Shown piece after piece: positions 61,199-64,000 of a stretch of DNA of 64,000 nucleotides. The position numbers and the translations under genes are program-made. Source of the stretch: a bacterium (lineage in GTDB: Bacteria > Zhuqueibacterota > Zhuqueibacteria > Residuimicrobiales > Krinioviventaceae); assembly GCA_963674595.2 (NCBI GenBank), contig CAXXFV010000016.1, positions 448,001 to 512,000 of the forward strand. The letters are read 5' to 3'. The notes below the pieces were generated by a model, which made no database searches, was not told the origin of the DNA, and saw only the letters and a program-made list of their open reading frames with translations. How positions within the stretch are numbered: the first letter of the stretch is position 1; each line of letters begins with the position of its first letter.

Positions 61199-64000
61199 AA
61201 ATAACCCAAACAGCTATAAAACGAGGCGTTACCTTTGCGATGATATATCTCATTGCTGTTGGTTTCGGCTTGTTTTCTCTGATTCGGCTGAAAGTGGATT
61301 TGTATCCTAAACTGGAATTTCCTGTTTTAGCTATAATTACTCAATATACAGGTGTCGGTCCTTTTGATATGGAAACGGTTGTGACCAAACCTGTGGAAGA
61401 AACTGTTGCTTCTGTTGAAAATGTAAAAAAAGTAACATCCACATCTTCTCAGGGTTTGTCTCTGGTTATGCTTGAGTTTGAATGGGGCACGGATATGGAC
61501 CAGGCAGAAATTGATGTGCGAAATAACCTTGAATTTATTAAAGATGTTTTACCCGAGGACATCAGTTCGCCAATGGTTTTTGCTTTTGATCCTTCGACAC
61601 AACCGGTTTTATATCTGGCTGTGTCATCGGATTTACACGGCCAGGCAGAAATACGACGAATTTCTGAAGATGATATAGAACCAAGAATAGAGCGTATTCC
61701 TGGTGTTGCGTCAGCATTTACTATGGGTGGTATGAAACGTGAAATTCGCGTTCTTGCTGATCCGGCCAGAATGAGAGCACATAATATTTCTATTGATCAG
61801 CTTACAGCGGCCCTTCGGGCAAATAACTTGCAGCAGCCATCAGGATGGATTGAAGATCCGCAGCAGGAATTTACCATTCAAACAGCCGGTGAATATGAAT
61901 CTGTCGATCAGATTGAAAATACAAACGTGGCTGTTTACAATGACGCTGTTATTCGAATCAAAGATGTGGCAAATGTTGTTGACGGTTTTGCCGAACAGCG
62001 ACAAAAAGTATGGAATAATAACAAACCGGCCGTAATGTTGATGGTACAAAAGCAGTCAGACGCAAATACCGTGTCTGTGTGCCGAAATGTTACAGAGCGT
62101 CTTGCAGATATTGAAAAAGAACTGCCTCAAGGTGTGGAAATCACGACGGTTATCGATTTGTCAACATTTATTAACCGCTCCATGTCTAACCTCGGTAATA
62201 CAGCCGTACAGGCAGTTGGTCTGACATTTTTAGTGCTTTTGTTCTTTTTACGTAATTTAAAAAGTTCACTTATTGTTGCGGTTTCTATTCCGGTTTCCAT
62301 GATATTAACTTTTGCTGTCATGGACCAGGCGGGTCTCACGCTTAATATTATATCCATGGCAGGTCTTGCCCTCGCGGTCGGTATGTTGGTCGATAACTCG
62401 ATCGTGGTGCTTGAAAATATTTTCCGAAACAGAGAGGCCGGACTTGATCTGAAAGAAGCTGCAGATAAAGGAGCCAGTGAAGTTTCCATGGCTATTACGG
62501 CTTCGACGTTAACCACACTGGCTGTATTTGTACCGGTCTTGTTTGTTCCCGGTCTTGCCGGCGAAATGTTTAATGACATGGTTGTTACGATTGTTTTTTC
62601 TTTAACCGTATCGCTTCTTGTTGCTTTATCATTAGTGCCGTTGCTTGCTTCAAGATTTTTAACATTTAAGGAAAAAATTACCAAAAATACTATTACAGGT
62701 ATAGAAAAGCAAAAATGGTATGCAAAACTTCAATCGATCTATCTTGGTGCTTTGAAATGGTCTCTTGCCCATCGTAAGACGGTGTTGTTTAGTACTTTTA
62801 TTATTCTGATTCTTTCCCTGATTCGGATGTTCACTCTTGGAGGTGAATTTATGCCGGAAAATGATATGGGATTTGTCGCTGTGGCGGTTGACCGATCACC
62901 GGGCACCAGTCTGGAAGCTATGGAAAAGAGTATGCATGAAATTAATTCCATCATCCTGGAGGATGTGCCTGAAGTGGAGAACGTTTATGCCAATTTTGGG
63001 CAGGGTGAAGGTATTATGTCGCTCTTTTCTTCCCGTGGATCAAGTGAAGGTGATGTAACCGTTCGGTTGAAAAATTTAAGTGACCGTGACCGGTCAATGT
63101 TTGAAATTCAGGACCAGTTGCGTGAAAAGTTTAAAAAATTGCCGGACGTTACGGCACGGTTTGAAGATAGAGGCAACAGTGCCATGTTTGGAACGGGTAC
63201 GGATATTGCCCTGGAAATTTTCGGACACGATTTATCTGTAGCTGAAGCGTTGGCAAATCAAATTAAACAAGCTGTTGAAACTATTGATGGTGTTGTTGAT
63301 GTTGAAATTAGTATTAAAGAGTCTGCTCCGGAATTGAAGATTAACCTGGATAGAAATCGTATTGCTGATTTAGGTCTCAGTACGGCACAAATCGGACAGA
63401 TTGTTTCTACCAGTATTTTAGGGACTGTTGCTACCCAGTTCCGTGAAGGCGGTGACGAATACGATATTCGGGTACAGTTGAAAAAAGAATCACGTACCAA
63501 TAAAGAAGACGTGGAGAATATTTTAATCATGACGCCGATGGGCAGACAGATACCTTTACGCGCCATTGCCCATGTTGAATATTCAACCGCGCCGAAAGAA
63601 ATTATTCGCGAAGACCAGGAGCGTATGGTCAGTGTGAATGTCGATATTTCAGGACGTGATTTAAGCAGTGTAACAAAGGACGTAAAAAACAAACTGAAAA
63701 CAGTGCCGGTTCCAAGAGATTTTCGTGTTGAAATCGGTGGAACAGCCGAAGAACAGCAGGAATCTTTTATGTACCTCGGTCTTGCCATGCTGGTGGCTAT
63801 TTTGCTGACTTATATGGTTATGGCTTCTCAGTTTGAGTCCTTTCTCGATCCGTTTATCATTCTTATAACCATTCCGCTGTCTTTGATTGGTGTTTCCATG
63901 GGACTGTGGTTGACGGGAACATCCCTCAGTATTATGGCGCTTATCGGAATTGTTATGCTTGTGGGAATTGTGGTGAACAACGGTATCGTGCTTGTTGACT
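61195..64000 (+). CDS. RND efflux permease AcrB/AcrD/AcrF family (partial, runs off right edge; not in ORF track)
   Basis: ATGA overlap at 61195; MKITQTAIKRGVTF...VDLYP, TLNIISMAGLALAVGMLVDNSIVVLENI, ASQFES..DPFII, MLVGIVVNNGIVLVD. Confidence 0.93.
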   Translation, partial: MKITQTAIKRGVTFAMIYLIAVGFGLFSLIRLKVDLYPKLEFPVLAIITQYTGVGPFDMETVVTKPVEETVASVENVKKVTSTSSQGLSLVMLEFEWGTDMDQAEIDVRNNLEFIKDVLPEDISSPMVFAFDPSTQPVLYLAVSSDLHGQAEIRRISEDDIEPRIERIPGVASAFTMGGMKREIRVLADPARMRAHNISIDQLTAALRANNLQQPSGWIEDPQQEFTIQTAGEYESVDQIENTNVAVYNDAVIRIKDVANVVDGFAEQRQKVWNNNKPAVMLMVQKQSDANTVSVCRNVTERLADIEKELPQGVEITTVIDLSTFINRSMSNLGNTAVQAVGLTFLVLLFFLRNLKSSLIVAVSIPVSMILTFAVMDQAGLTLNIISMAGLALAVGMLVDNSIVVLENIFRNREAGLDLKEAADKGASEVSMAITASTLTTLAVFVPVLFVPGLAGEMFNDMVVTIVFSLTVSLLVALSLVPLLASRFLTFKEKITKNTITGIEKQKWYAKLQSIYLGALKWSLAHRKTVLFSTFIILILSLIRMFTLGGEFMPENDMGFVAVAVDRSPGTSLEAMEKSMHEINSIILEDVPEVENVYANFGQGEGIMSLFSSRGSSEGDVTVRLKNLSDRDRSMFEIQDQLREKFKKLPDVTARFEDRGNSAMFGTGTDIALEIFGHDLSVAEALANQIKQAVETIDGVVDVEISIKESAPELKINLDRNRIADLGLSTAQIGQIVSTSILGTVATQFREGGDEYDIRVQLKKESRTNKEDVENILIMTPMGRQIPLRAIAHVEYSTAPKEIIREDQERMVSVNVDISGRDLSSVTKDVKNKLKTVPVPRDFRVEIGGTAEEQQESFMYLGLAMLVAILLTYMVMASQFESFLDPFIILITIPLSLIGVSMGLWLTGTSLSIMALIGIVMLVGIVVNNGIVLVD

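Noticed and set aside
62127-63788. Minus-strand ORFs of 185, 71 and 176 aa
   Set aside because: Shadows of the RND permease on the plus strand.
1-64000. CRISPR arrays, tRNA/rRNA, IS elements, prophage or defence systems
   Set aside because: By eye I found no regularly spaced repeats, cloverleaf motifs, or transposase, integrase or nuclease signatures. tRNAscan-SE, Infernal and DefenseFinder would be decisive.

Overview
AT-rich bacterial chromosomal DNA. It has sigma70-like TTGnnn-N17-TAnnnT promoters, GGAG ribosome-binding sites, TonB-dependent receptors and a long LptD, which suggests a diderm of or near the FCB group, possibly KSB1/Calditrichota-like (inference only). Left to right: (1) miaB (partial, missing from the ORF track) and mtaB; (2) a TonB receptor-MarR operon; (3) a carbohydrate region with a GlmU-like nucleotidyltransferase, zwf-opcA-pgl, a TonB receptor, a GntR/UTRA regulator, a GH123-like enzyme, a frameshifted GH78 and a GH2; (4) an uncharacterised Cys-rich operon of two giant paralogous exported proteins (propeller/SAM-fold/propeller), a membrane-anchored CECG protein and an ABC transporter, followed by DUF3795 and CDGSH genes; (5) an ErcA-like Fe-ADH with a minimal kinase; (6) a compositionally mosaic accessory stretch (~33-51 kb); (7) pduL, ogt, Nudix, an ssb paralogue, lptD, rarA and a TetR-TolC-MFP-RND efflux operon running off the right edge. 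The best candidate for an undescribed system is the 20.7-30.2 kb operon, whose promoter carries the same palindromic GntR-type operator as the sugar-locus TonB receptor. I recognised no rRNA, tRNA, CRISPR array, integrase or transposase. All calls come from reading motifs by eye; no database searches were run.
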